This document shows, piece by piece, positions 52,829-64,000 of a DNA stretch of 64,000 nt. A program made the translations under genes and the position numbers. The stretch is taken from NCBI RefSeq assembly GCF_964204645.1, contig NC_134030.1, positions 20,420,210-20,484,209 of the forward strand, written 5' to 3'. The stretch is from Tubulanus polymorphus. Its lineage: Eukaryota > Animalia > Nemertea. Numbering within the stretch: position 1 is the stretch's first letter; each line of letters begins with the position of its first letter. Under the pieces are notes generated by a model. The model was given only the letters and a program-made list of their open reading frames with translations, was not told the DNA's origin and did no database searches.

Positions 52829-52952
52829 TTATTTAAGAGAAAAATTAAACAGTTTATAAAATATTTGCTCGTTTTTAATTAAATATTTTATAATCATTTT
52901 AAAAATATTAAACTTTTAAATGATTAAATCAAATAACAATTAAATTTACAAC

Positions 52953-53143
52953 CAAACAATTTAACATTTCAACTGTCAAACAATTTATCATTTTAACTGT
53001 CAAACAATTTATCATTTCTACGGTCAAACAATTTATCATTTCAATTGTTAAAAAATTTATCATTTCAACTGTCAAACAATTTATCATTTCAACTGTCAAA
53101 CAATTTATCATTTCAACTGTTAAACAATTAATCATTTCAACAG
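52953..53143. repeat. 24-bp minisatellite, ~8 copies (aaacaatttatcatttcaactgtc)
   Basis: Directly visible. Confidence 0.9.
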
Positions 53144-54409
53144 TTTATATGATACCAGAAAAAAACAACATAAAACACGAAACAAAACATTCTTTATTTT
53201 TCTTCTCGATTAAGCCTTCTCAGTAGAGTTCGATTCAGACCGACGTGTCTTTTGCAATCCTTCACAGTAAAGAATGGATTAAAAAACGATGTTTTAGGTC
53301 AACTGCCAGTCCTTTTCTAGTCCTGATCAGACTTTTTATCAGGTATTTACTATCAAGCCCGACTGAGCTAAAGTCGCGCAACCAGTGAATTAGTAAATCT
53401 AACCCCCTTCTAAACTCACTTAAAGGTCCTCCTTTCTTTTGTTTAAGTTGAAATAGACATTTCCAAATGCTCTAACAGATAAGAGCGCGTACCAGGACGC
53501 ACGTGGTTATGTTATTATTTATATATGACGTCATCGACAAACTCGTCTTGGAACTAATGACGACCAGTTGATCGAACCACCTTCCAATACCACCACCTAG
53601 TGGGCTCAAATTCAAGTTCAAATATTCTTTATTGATATTCATCAAATATACTTAATTATTACTTTATTCAATTCTTTATTGTTCCTAGTACTGCAAATAC
53701 ATCGGATTTCCGCAATTAAGTAGACAGAACACAAATAAAATTAAGAATCTTTTAGTATTCAGAAAACAACGTACATGTTATTTTTCAACTTTAATTAGCA
53801 ATGAGATAATTTTTTTGCGACACTCACGGATGATGCGCATTCCCTTTCTGGAAGGCTGATCGGATCTTCCCTGAAAAATTAATTGCTGAATCGACGTCCC
53901 GCTAATGATGAATACTATTTTCAGATCCCCTGATTTCAAAATTCAAAAATATAGATTTACATGAACCTTAGGTCTACCCTTGTAATTAACAAATTATTCG
54001 AAAGCAAAGATCTTGCATTCGAGTTTATTCATTTTAAGGAGTTTCTTTATCTCAAGCCCCGGATTGATTGTCTAAATCTCTTGCTCTTCTCGTGACTTGT
54101 ATTAAATTGTCTATTCTCATTCTACAATTTGTACGTGAATTCTATCAACGGTAGCATTTGTTTCTTTTCATTTCGTTTTTCATAATGATTTTGTAATATT
54201 TAAATCTTCATTTTATCGCGACGGGTGCTTCCGCTTTTAAACTGTTCGTTTATTACTTCCGAATTTTTAATCTTCATTAATTTATTCATTCTTTATGACT
54301 TCTCTCTCCAAAGTCGGAATAATTGTATCCTTAGACGTTTTTCATTTTGCTTTTAAATGACTTTGCAAAACCACCTGTCGCAGTATATTTCCTTTTAGAA
54401 ATATACCTT

Positions 54410-55290
54410 GTATGGACTGGGCCCGGTCTAATCTTACACAAGTTTCCATTTCTATATGGACAGGTCCCGGTCTAATCTTACACAAGTTTCCATGTCTATA
54501 TGGACTGGACCCGATATATATTCCTAAATGGTCTGGAGCCGATCTAATCTTACTCAAGTTTCTATTTCTATACGGACTGGGCCCAGTCTAATCTTACAAC
54601 AAAAGTTACCATTTCTATGGACTGGGCCCAAACAAATCTTACACAAGTTTCCATTTCTATGGACTGGGCCCGGTCTAATCTTAAACGTAGCAAACAAGTT
54701 TCCATTTATATGGACTTGGCCCGGTCTAATCTTACAAAAGTTTCCATTTCTATGGACTGGGCCCGGTCTAATCTTACACATGTTTCCATTTATATGGACT
54801 GGGCCCGGTCTAATCTTACATAAGTATCCATCTATATGGACTGGGCCCGGTCTAATCTTACAAAAGTTACCATTTCTATACGGACAGGGCCCGGTCTAAT
54901 CTTACACAAGTTTCCATTTCTATACGGACTGGGCCCGGTCTAATCTTACACAAGTTTCCATTTCTATACGGACTGGGCCCGGTCTAATCTTACACAAGTT
55001 TCCATTTCTATACGGACTGGGCCCGGTCTAATCTTACACAAGTTTCCATTTCTATACGGACTGGGCCCGGTCTAATCTTACACAAGTTTCCATTTCTATA
55101 CGGACTGGGCCCGGTCTAATCTTACACAAGTTTCCATTTCTATGGACTGGGCCCGGTCTAATCTTACACAAGTTTCCATGTCTATATGGACTGGACCCGA
55201 TCTAATCTTACACACAAGTTTCCATTTCTATGGACTGGGCCTGGTCTAATCTTACACATGTTATTATTTCTATAGGCTGGGCCTGGTCAT
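54410..55290. repeat. 42/44-bp minisatellite, ~20 copies (ggactgggcccggtctaatcttacacaagtttccatttctat[ac])
   Basis: Directly visible. Confidence 0.95.
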
Positions 55291-55600
55291 TTCAAAAAAT
55301 TAAATGAAATTCCTTTTCACCTTTCATTGACAGTGGTAAAAATGTTAGACAACCGTATAGTGCTGCCTCTTTAATGTACGGACTCAAAACTGGGTTCGAA
55401 CCTGGGACACACTCATGTTCATCATATCAGTGTCCAGAAAAATAATCAAACAAAATTAGAAAAATTTTTGAAAAATAACAAAACGATGAAATAAGTTAAG
55501 TAAAATTAACATTATATCAGTAATGACTTTGATCTAGGTCTTGACTTACACCAGTCCGACCTTGACCTCGCAGTTGTGAGTTACGTAGAGTTAACTCTGA

Positions 55601-55829
55601 AATCAATTTATTCGAGATACGTCGGTTAGTGAAAACAGCGACATGTCCTGACTAAGAGACGACACAACTGTGATCCGGGTCGACTAAGAGACGACACAAC
55701 TGTGATCCGGGTCGACTAACTTACGACACAACTGTGATCCAGGTCGCGACTAAATAATCACTGTGAGTATTGATAGCCTTAACCATGTCGCTGTTTTCAC
55801 TAACCGACGTATCTCGAATAAATTGATTT
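55601..55829. repeat. ~46-bp perfect inverted repeats enclosing three 32-bp tandem units
   Basis: aatcaatttattcgagatacgtcggttagtgaaaacagcgacatg and its reverse complement; gactaagagacgacacaactgtgatccgggtc x3. Confidence 0.85.
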
Positions 55830-56044
55830 TTGAGTTTAAACCATTAAAAAGATGGGGGAAGTGCATACTTTATCTATACCAAAAAATAGGATTCTACCTC
55901 TTTTGGTTTCTGACCTATATAGAACCCTGCATGGCGTATCTCATATTTATGGCAAAATCATTTTTTCACTAACCAACGTAAGTTTAGATACGCCACTTAG
56001 TGAAACAGAAATATATAAAATCACGATCATAATCATTTTTCACT

Positions 56045-57466
56045 AAGAGATGTATCATCTGTGGCATCTGTGGGTGCAGGCATCTCACATATTGCCGCAA
56101 TCTTCGACTGGTCTGCCTTGACGCCAAAACGTGTGATCATTGTGGTTAGCAGACTCGATTCTTGTTCGAGACGAAAATGCCAAAAAACTTCTTTCACATC
56201 TAGCTTACTGATTACCTTCGCATTCTGTAACATGGGTAGGACAACATCTACCGTCGTTAGCTTGTAATGTTCGCGTTGTAACGCATCGTTTAGCGGCTTC
56301 GGATCATTACATATGCGGAGGTTACCGTTCGGTTTACGGACCACTGCCATCTGGCTGACCCATTGGGTTGGTTCGGTAACGGGAACCAGCACACCGCGGT
56401 CAACGAATCGCTCTAGTTCATTCTTTACATCGGCATGTAGGGCTAACGGTATCTTCCTACACAAGAGCTGTCGCGGGCAAACATCAGGATCTACAAACAG
56501 GTGGGCTATGCCAAGATCACCCAGTGGTTCGGGCTCTGCTTTCACTGCAGAAATGAAGTGATCATTATTCACAGTTATTAAATTCATGTCTTTTATCGTT
56601 TTGAGACCAAGTAGACATAAAAACTTGTTCGGCACGACGGTAGATCGGACTCGATGTTTCTCGTTTCCTTCTTTTCGCAGCATGTACAGCTCACGGTTTG
56701 GAAACCATCTGGTTCATTCTGATTCAGTTAACTTTAACCCCATTTCCGGATTGATCATGCGCATCGCAGATTTCTCTCTCATGAGATAACGATTGTGCAT
56801 ATGCTCGGCATATGTCGACCGCTTTCTTTAGGTCCAGCTTGTCCTCTCGCAGGAGACGTTCTTGCAGTTTTATTGGGGCGGTGAAAACGATCTTATCTCT
56901 AATCATTCGATCTTTCTCCTTAAAATTACACGAATCGGCTCGAGTGAGAAAAACATCGAATGGTTCCGGCCATGTAATTGAACAGAAACGATGAGTCATC
57001 AGCACCTCATTCTGTTGCAATATTTCTCTAATGTGCTCAGGACAACACTTGATTTTAACTCATCCCCTTCGTTTTCCCATTCATATATCTCGATGACCTG
57101 CGGTCCAGCACTGCAGAATTATGGCAGTCTGTCTCGCAGGTGGCTTCTCTTCGGCACCACTCGCTTGCAAATAAATTTCTAACCTTCGTTTCCTCTTTCG
57201 AAAATCGAAAAGGCGGTGTATATAAAATTGTGTATACATAGGATAACAATGAAAAAAGTATACCATAATAAAACGCAATTCAGTTTCAACTTCTTTTCAC
57301 CGTGCAAAGTGTCTTGTTATGTTATCTTATGTTTTTGCGACAAGTACGTAAGTGGGGAGCCATCTCAATCCCGCGCAAATTACCATGTGCTCAACAGGCT
57401 GACAGCACCAACTACTGACGCATTTTCGCCATCTGTTGTTTAGAAAGCTAACTATCTTGTCTTACA
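56045..57466 (-). mobile_element. Degenerate, internally deleted Gypsy (Mag-like) element: probable 5' LTR, gag and RT remnants
   Basis: MIRDKIVF...ERLLRE..LDLKKAVDICRA (gag); WVSQMAVVRKPNGNLRICNDPKPLN (RT); TG...CA segment at ~57303-57466. Confidence 0.85.
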
Positions 57467-58765
57467 TGCGTTTCCATACTGTTTGCTGTGTACGCGTTCG
57501 AGTTATAAATCAATAGGTGCATGACGTTTCTACAACGTCATACGCACAGCAAGTGTCACTCATATGACGTTTCCAAAACGTCACACGTAGCGAAAGGGTT
57601 AACTGTTATTGAAGTTTTCCCGGGTATATGTTGATGTAGAAGTCCACTTTATTGATTTTCCAGCGTGATGACTAGAATAAAAGGAAGCACATTTCGAAAC
57701 GCAAATTATCCAGATGAGAGTTTGGTCCTGGTATCCGAAATTTAGTTAAACGACATCGGCGGTGCAGCTCCGATGAGGATGGGTTTCTCCGTCAGGGGCG
57801 CAGTAAGTCAGTGGATGGGTCGCGATCAAACGGACAGTGCTAGGAAATAACCAATACCTAGGTCAATAAATAACCTGGAGGTGATATTTTCATATCATAA
57901 ATTGTTTACTTTTATAATCGGTTTTACTAATGATCATCCAAATCTTCCTTATCAATTCCGCCAGAACGATGCGGGACCATTATATCTCACAAAGGATCAT
58001 TTTACTCAGAACCAGGTACGGCAAGGGACTGATCGGTACTAACCTGCACAGTTCTACTGAATCAAAATTTAAAATCAGAGAATGATGAGGAACTGGTCTG
58101 TACTGATCTGCATCGTGTTACTGCAACTGGGAAACGTACACAATGCAGAATTGTCTGGAGTGAAGGGAAAGAGAAGTAAGTTACTCAAACTCGAAAAGAT
58201 CTAAAAGACGTATTTTTCGTATTTTTTCGATTCTAGTTTCTTTTCTGAGTCCTCACACTCACAATTAACGCTAGGTTTCATCGACAGATTTGCAACGGGA
58301 TTGTTACCTTTACTTGCGGTCTTACAGAATTTATACAGTTAAATGCATTATAAGATGTTGAAAGTTTTACAGAGCTGATGAATAAACAGAATATAGTCAT
58401 TATGTCATAAGGAAAGTTTTGAGGCGATAGTTAGCTTCTACAAGAATGCCTTAGAAGAGAAAGAAAATATGAAAGATAAAATCTGAAAAAGAAAGGAAAG
58501 AACGACGTGACACCTATCATATGACGTTTTTCTGACAATGAAGTATTTGCGTTCCTTATCTATCTAATTATTCTTCCGCGATGAATTTATTTCAACTGTC
58601 CCTGGAGATTTTGAATGGTTTAACCTAGAAGACTGTCAAGCTGATTTTTAGAATGATTTTCATTCTTCACGATAGGTAAAACACAATATCCGTGTTGACG
58701 CGATGAGGAGAGAATCCCACAATGATAATAAAAAGTCCGAAAATGAAACTTCGAGATAGTAGTTT

Positions 58766-58808
58766 ATTCAACGTTTCGACTATATCCTAATAGTCATCTT
58801 CAGGAATC
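58766..58808 (-). ncRNA. Minimal type I hammerhead ribozyme motif (Penelope-like element type)
   Basis: Minus strand reads attc-ctgaaga-t-gactat-taggat-atagtc-gaaac-gtt-gaat: core boxes, 6-bp stem II, 4-bp stem I. Confidence 0.65.
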
Positions 58809-58913
58809 ATTCTTCGTTTCAAAATAAAGAATCGACCAAATAATTTCTAAGACTCTTCAAGTGATATATAAAGAATTACAAATGTGGTGTTAGAAATAGG
58901 CAAAAGTTCCTTA

Positions 58914-59273
58914 AGCCTAGCGCACATCGACACTGCGATTGGAGACAACTAGTTGCAAGGCAGTTTTCGGCGCATGACAGAAACTGGCTGGATACGATCA
59001 GTTGCTTGAATGTGTCGATGTGAGCGACCTTACGATTGATAAGCGTCGATCTATCTCCAGTTCCAGCCGCAGTTGCCCATGTTTTACTTTTGAGCAACTG
59101 GTTGTACTCAATCGCAGTCATATCCGTCGATGTGCGCGCTCTGGATCACGACGATCGACACGCGCCATGCAGTTGCTGCAACTGACCGGTTGTAACTAGA
59201 TTTTGATGTGCGCGGGGTAATCGTTCGGTAGCAACTAGTTGTCTCCAATCGCAGTGTCGATGTGCGCTAGGCT
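58914..59273. mobile_element. PIF/Harbinger-type (Tourist-like) MITE in A3 intron 1
   Basis: ~43-bp perfect TIRs agcctagcgcacatcgacactgcgattggagacaactagttgc; TTA on both sides. Confidence 0.88.
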
Positions 59274-62200
59274 TTAAATCTCGTTGATGCGCAATGTAAA
59301 CATTACTTGGAAATGTATAGAGAATCCCACACTAATAAAACGAAAAGACGAATGTTTGAAAAGTTTCCTTCGAGCTGATTTATTGATGCGACGTTTCGTC
59401 TATAACCTAATAACCATCTTCATATAGCCATATCGTTACAACACGGAATAGTGCGTCACCTGCGGTTCTCATTTCATCTTCATTATTCATACGTGTATTT
59501 AATACGTTTCAGCATTACCCAGGTACATTGATGTTGTATCTGAAATCAGTGGACAGCCCGACAAGAAAAAACAAGGGCAGACGATGTTTATTCTTGTAGA
59601 ACACAGGGGTCTGGATCGACCGTACCTACGTTGACGTTTGAACAGAAGAGACGCGGTTCGGATTCGTGGGGACCAGTTCTTGGTGGCATACGACCTACAG
59701 TTGTCAAACGGAACGGACTTGTTTACGCTAAGTTAGAATTCAAGGCCGATTCCAAACTTCACAATGGAACGGTTTTTAGATGTCTTGTCAAGGAAAATCC
59801 TATAGATCCTGAACCTGTTGAGTTTGATCCGATTGAAGTTCTTGGTATCGGTAAGTACCGATCAAAATGCGCAAATGTAGGTAAAAATTCCATATGATAA
59901 AAATTCCAATGGTGAACAAAAACACGCAAAAAATTTACAACAAAATTTGGCAATGCTACGTTGATTATATGGACAACTTTGATTATTTGATTTCACAATG
60001 TCTGTAACTGTATTACCCTATAAACTCCCCATGAGTGTTTTTGAGAGAGTTAATTTATCCATCATATCCTCTGTAAGATGAAATATAACATTTTCTACAT
60101 GTCAACAAACTTATCAAACCAAAACACGCTGAAAGTTAATTCTGCTGGTTACACTTTGTTTCAGATTATTCAACTTTGAACCCCTCATCGGTGAGTATCT
60201 AGATATAAGCCTGAGTCAAATTATAACCACATAACTGTGGAACTGTGTCCACTGTCAAAATTAAACCCACACACTGTGGAACTAGATCCTAAGTCAGACA
60301 TAACTGTAAGACTGGAGTCACAGATTCATATTAAACCGACACAACTGTGGGACTGGATCCAGAGTAATTAAACCAACACAACTGTGGAACTGGATCCACA
60401 GTCAAACAAATCCCACACAACTGTGGAACTGAATTCAGAGTCAAATTAAAGTCCACACTGTGGAACTGGGTTCAGAGACATATTAAACCCACACAACTGT
60501 GGATCTGAGTTCGGTATCGAATAATGCACAATAGTTGTTCTTACTCAAACTGAATTAATGATTAGTAAAGTCAATTTAAAATCGTAATAATTCTCAGATT
60601 TTTGTTCATGTTTAGATGAAATACATCAATCCGACTACATTGAGTCCCAGTTATTGGGTTGCACCTGAACAGACCACTACTGATCGGACCACAACTGATC
60701 AGACTCGAACTGATCGGCCTACAACTGATCGATCTACAACTGATCGACCTACAACTGATAAGACTGCAACTGACCAGACCACAGCTGATCGGACCACAAC
60801 TGACCGGGCCCCATCTGATCGGAACACAACTGACCGGACCAATGTAATACTGTACATCACCAGCGGAGTTACTGGGTGCATTTTAATCATTATAATCGCT
60901 GAATTCATCATGCGCAGGTATGCAATCATTCTGTTATACAAGATTCCCCAGTGTGATGATCTATCACTTTTCACTCTCCAAATCTTGTCGTTATCCATTG
61001 AGTCCCATTTACCATCGTCTTAAGATGTCCAGAGATTTGATACATAATGTACTTGTGCTAACGCGCATCCCCTTAATATGACATACAATTAGCAGTAATT
61101 TCATACAGCAATGTAAATTTCCAAAAACGTCTTAACTCATTTTGGTTCTAACAATGTAAGAGCAGTCTTAACCTATGAATTGGTGAAAGCATCAAACCTA
61201 CCTGTTTCGATTACTTACTGCCTCCATCTTAATTGAGGGTTTCTTCCAAATCATGGCTTAGAAATCTAGTGCCTGGGATGTGTGATAAGTTATATCTTCG
61301 ATGATGGATTATGAAACTACTATTTTTGACGTTGTTTTTTTTCAATGACAAATTATGAATATCTATGTTAAAACTATGTCGTGATACTAAAATCCTTATA
61401 TGATCCTTTATTGAGTATAATATGATCTAAGCTACAATGATCCTGTATCCTGATCCTGCGAATCATCGTCCAATATAATATTTACGTCTACGTATGATTT
61501 TTATTTGAATTTCTTGGATGAAGAAATTACTTTCAAACGATTTTGCTATAGGGCCTATAATTTATGAAATGAATCTACCCAAGATCGGCACGATCGAAAT
61601 CTAGATGGCCGACTGGAGGCCAGTATTTTTCAGCAAAATCAACTTTTGCATACTTTTTGAGTTTTCAAAGACGCTTTGATCAGGAAACAAGATGGTTTGT
61701 CATGAAATCAAAATTTGAAATGGGTTTGGGTTGAAGTATCTAGCATCAAATATTTATCTATCAACAGGTTTTAACTAAATTGTTGAAATTTGATAATTGT
61801 TAGCATTCATTGCACACATTCCCTCATGGGGAATTAGGTTCTTACCACCAACGGAGTTAAATAACTCTACACATTTTGTTATCACAAGCAATAGCAACGT
61901 TTTCTATTATTGCTGCTTCACGCGTAGGCCTACGCTCACCAAGAGGCGTTTAAATTGTCGAGTAACATATAATTTTCCATGATTGCGATTGGTATTTGAA
62001 TTTCGTAACTGCATTTAATTGGACTGCTGTAGTTTTTTGCATAATGATTGTGGTGACTTTCAAACAATTGGTTTTTGTATGTGTTGTTGACCAGGGGGCT
62101 TTATATGATCAAGCAGGAGACGAGTGTCGTTACTATAATCTGTAAACTGGAAAGATGCCAGACTAAGGATGAGAGATGAGCGACCTACGAACTATTGTTG

Positions 62201-62840
62201 AATTGTTTGGTTTAGCTATTGCGCAATATTGCTCTAACTTGGAATCGTAAACAAGATGCGGGCCTAAATTATTTCAAAAACTACATTAGCGACGATATCA
62301 AGATCTAGGTTTCACTTATTAAGAGTTAATTTGGCCATGTTGAATTATAACATGATATATCTGCATCGAAATATGATCTCAGTTCACTTTTCGGTGGAAT
62401 ATTCTATCCCGAATGAATTACCCATTTCAGATGCAATCGACCGTCCGGTGAAGGTCATGTGGATACTCCAACACCACAGCAACAGGTTGATGATACAACA
62501 TGCGAGATGTTAAGTATCTACGAAGAGCTTGATGATGACAGTGATTCCGATAATGTTTCAAATCCAGTCAGAAATATTAAAACTGGATTATTACATAACA
62601 TACCAATTCACAAGGACATCGAAGCCGGGGCAGATACAACTGCATATATGGATATGGAAGCCGCGAAGGGCATAAATACAACTCCTTATATGGATATGGA
62701 AGCCGCGAAGGGCATAGATACAACTCCTTACATGGATATGGAAGCCGTGAAGGGCATAGATACAACTCCTTACATGAATATGGAAGCCGCGAAGGGTATA
62801 GATACAACTCCTTACATTGATATGGAAGCCGAGAAGAAAG

Positions 62841-63156
62841 AATAACTGTAAGAGTAAAACAAGAATCAAAAAACAGAATCATAACCAAATTATACTGCCC
62901 ACTCTCCTCCTCTATTCAAAAAGTTAAACATTCTCAAAATAAACATTCTCAAAATAGACATTCTCATATAAAAACCACCCTATTCATCCATCAAATTCTA
63001 CTATCATTACCACATTATGTTTAAAAACATGTTCGCCATTGAAAACCACTATCGAAACATACAAAAACATTCTCAACATGATCACACACATTGTCTACCT
63101 GTAAACCATTATTACGTTATGCTTTTCTTTGAAATAAATTGAAATTGAAATTGAAA
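62841..63156 (+). mobile_element. 5'-truncated LINE 3' end inserted in the A3 terminal exon
   Basis: Encodes NYTAHSPPLFKKLNILKI (compare HTDPIFKKLNILKF in ORF2 of the intact LINE); ends aataa(attgaa)3; A-type tail homology resumes at ~63157. Confidence 0.8.
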
Positions 63157-64000
63157 GATGCTACTATATACATGAATACGGAATCAAGGAATTGCAATGA
63201 ATGATGCATTCATGGCGGAAGCGGAGAAGGCGGTGAGTTCATAGAAAGATGATATTGAACTTTAAATCTTGCGATCTTGTGGAAATTTGATTTGCTATAA
63301 GAATATATAATCAAAGTATTTCATTATTCATAACATGTGATTGATTTATCTAAAATGCATTTTTGTCATAAGGAAATGTGTTTTAAACCAAGAAAATAAT
63401 TACCACCATAGTGCCTCAACACCGCTGTGGTGTTGAGGCACTATGGTGGTATTCCCGTTATTCAACACACTAGGGTGGAATTTTTTAAATTTTCCAATAG
63501 AAATTCAAGTAAAATTGAAAGTAGTTACATTTTAGGCCCACCTGATTCTACACGAAGAGACCCATTCTCGGAAAATGTACCGTATTGCATACAAAAAACC
63601 TCAACGATAAGCCTAGTAAATGGACTAGTTATGTCCAATCGATTTTTGAAAACTGCGGTTTAGGTTACATCCGGTATGAACAAAAATGTTCCCAACGTTA
63701 ATTATTTAATGGAATCAATGAAACTTAGATTGCAAGATCAATTTAGACAAGATTGGCGTCAAAACTTAGAGAAATCGTCAAAGCTAGATATTTATAACTG
63801 TAAAACCAGAATGGGGTATGGAAACATGCTTACTCTCACTTACTCCTAATCTGAGAATGACAGGGATAAAATTCCGATGCTCGAACCATGCAACGGTGAA
63901 TCGGTAACTTTTCGGGTTTTGAGTTTTCATTTTGTGTTCTCAGAGGTTTGAGAAAGCTGTCAACGTTTCATGTACTAGTTTTATAATTTTGAAATCACGT

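Larger units (their letters stand above)
58082..62845 (+). pseudogene. A3: third type A Ig receptor copy with 5 YxxM motifs; frameshifted as written
   Basis: Exons 58082-58175, 59513-59850 (338 nt; 1 nt short near 59587-59590), 60165-60190, 60616-60917, 62431-62845; tail YMDM x3, YMNM, YIDM; terminal exon cut by a LINE fragment. Confidence 0.8.

Noticed and set aside
54342-54899. Repeat ORFs (WTGPGLIL)
   Set aside because: 42/44-bp minisatellite; unit length variation breaks the frame.

Overview
AT-rich, intron-containing DNA from a eukaryote, probably a non-vertebrate animal, rich in satellites and transposons. Splicing short ORFs together by hand at GT-AG sites with consistent phases reveals a cluster of two related immunoglobulin-superfamily gene types that the ORF track shows only as fragments. 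Type A (3 copies: A1 minus strand 12651-31543, A2 plus 33670-38590, A3 plus 58082-62845) has a signal peptide, one Ig domain, a 26-nt micro-exon, a Thr-rich (TDRTT)n stalk and a TM helix. Its cytoplasmic tail carries one ITIM-like SIYEEL and a variable array of 3-5 YxxM motifs encoded by a 42-bp repeat. Type B (B2 plus 9290-11390 intact; B1 and B3 pseudogenes) has a signal peptide, a homologous Ig domain, a second short Cys-pair domain and a GPI-type C-terminus. A and B genes sit tail-to-tail as a pair, and the pair is duplicated in inverted orientation (B2> <A1 | A2> <B3). Also present: an LTR retroelement whose LTR/PBS/PPT shell is antisense to its gag-pol-env core, with a nested TRIM; an intact L2/CR1-group LINE inside an older LINE; a degenerate Mag-like Gypsy; several MITE/HINE-like elements; Penelope-type hammerhead motifs; an orphan C-type lectin exon; an LRR pseudogene fragment; virus-like small ORFs; and several minisatellites. 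All domain calls come from motif reading, not database searches.
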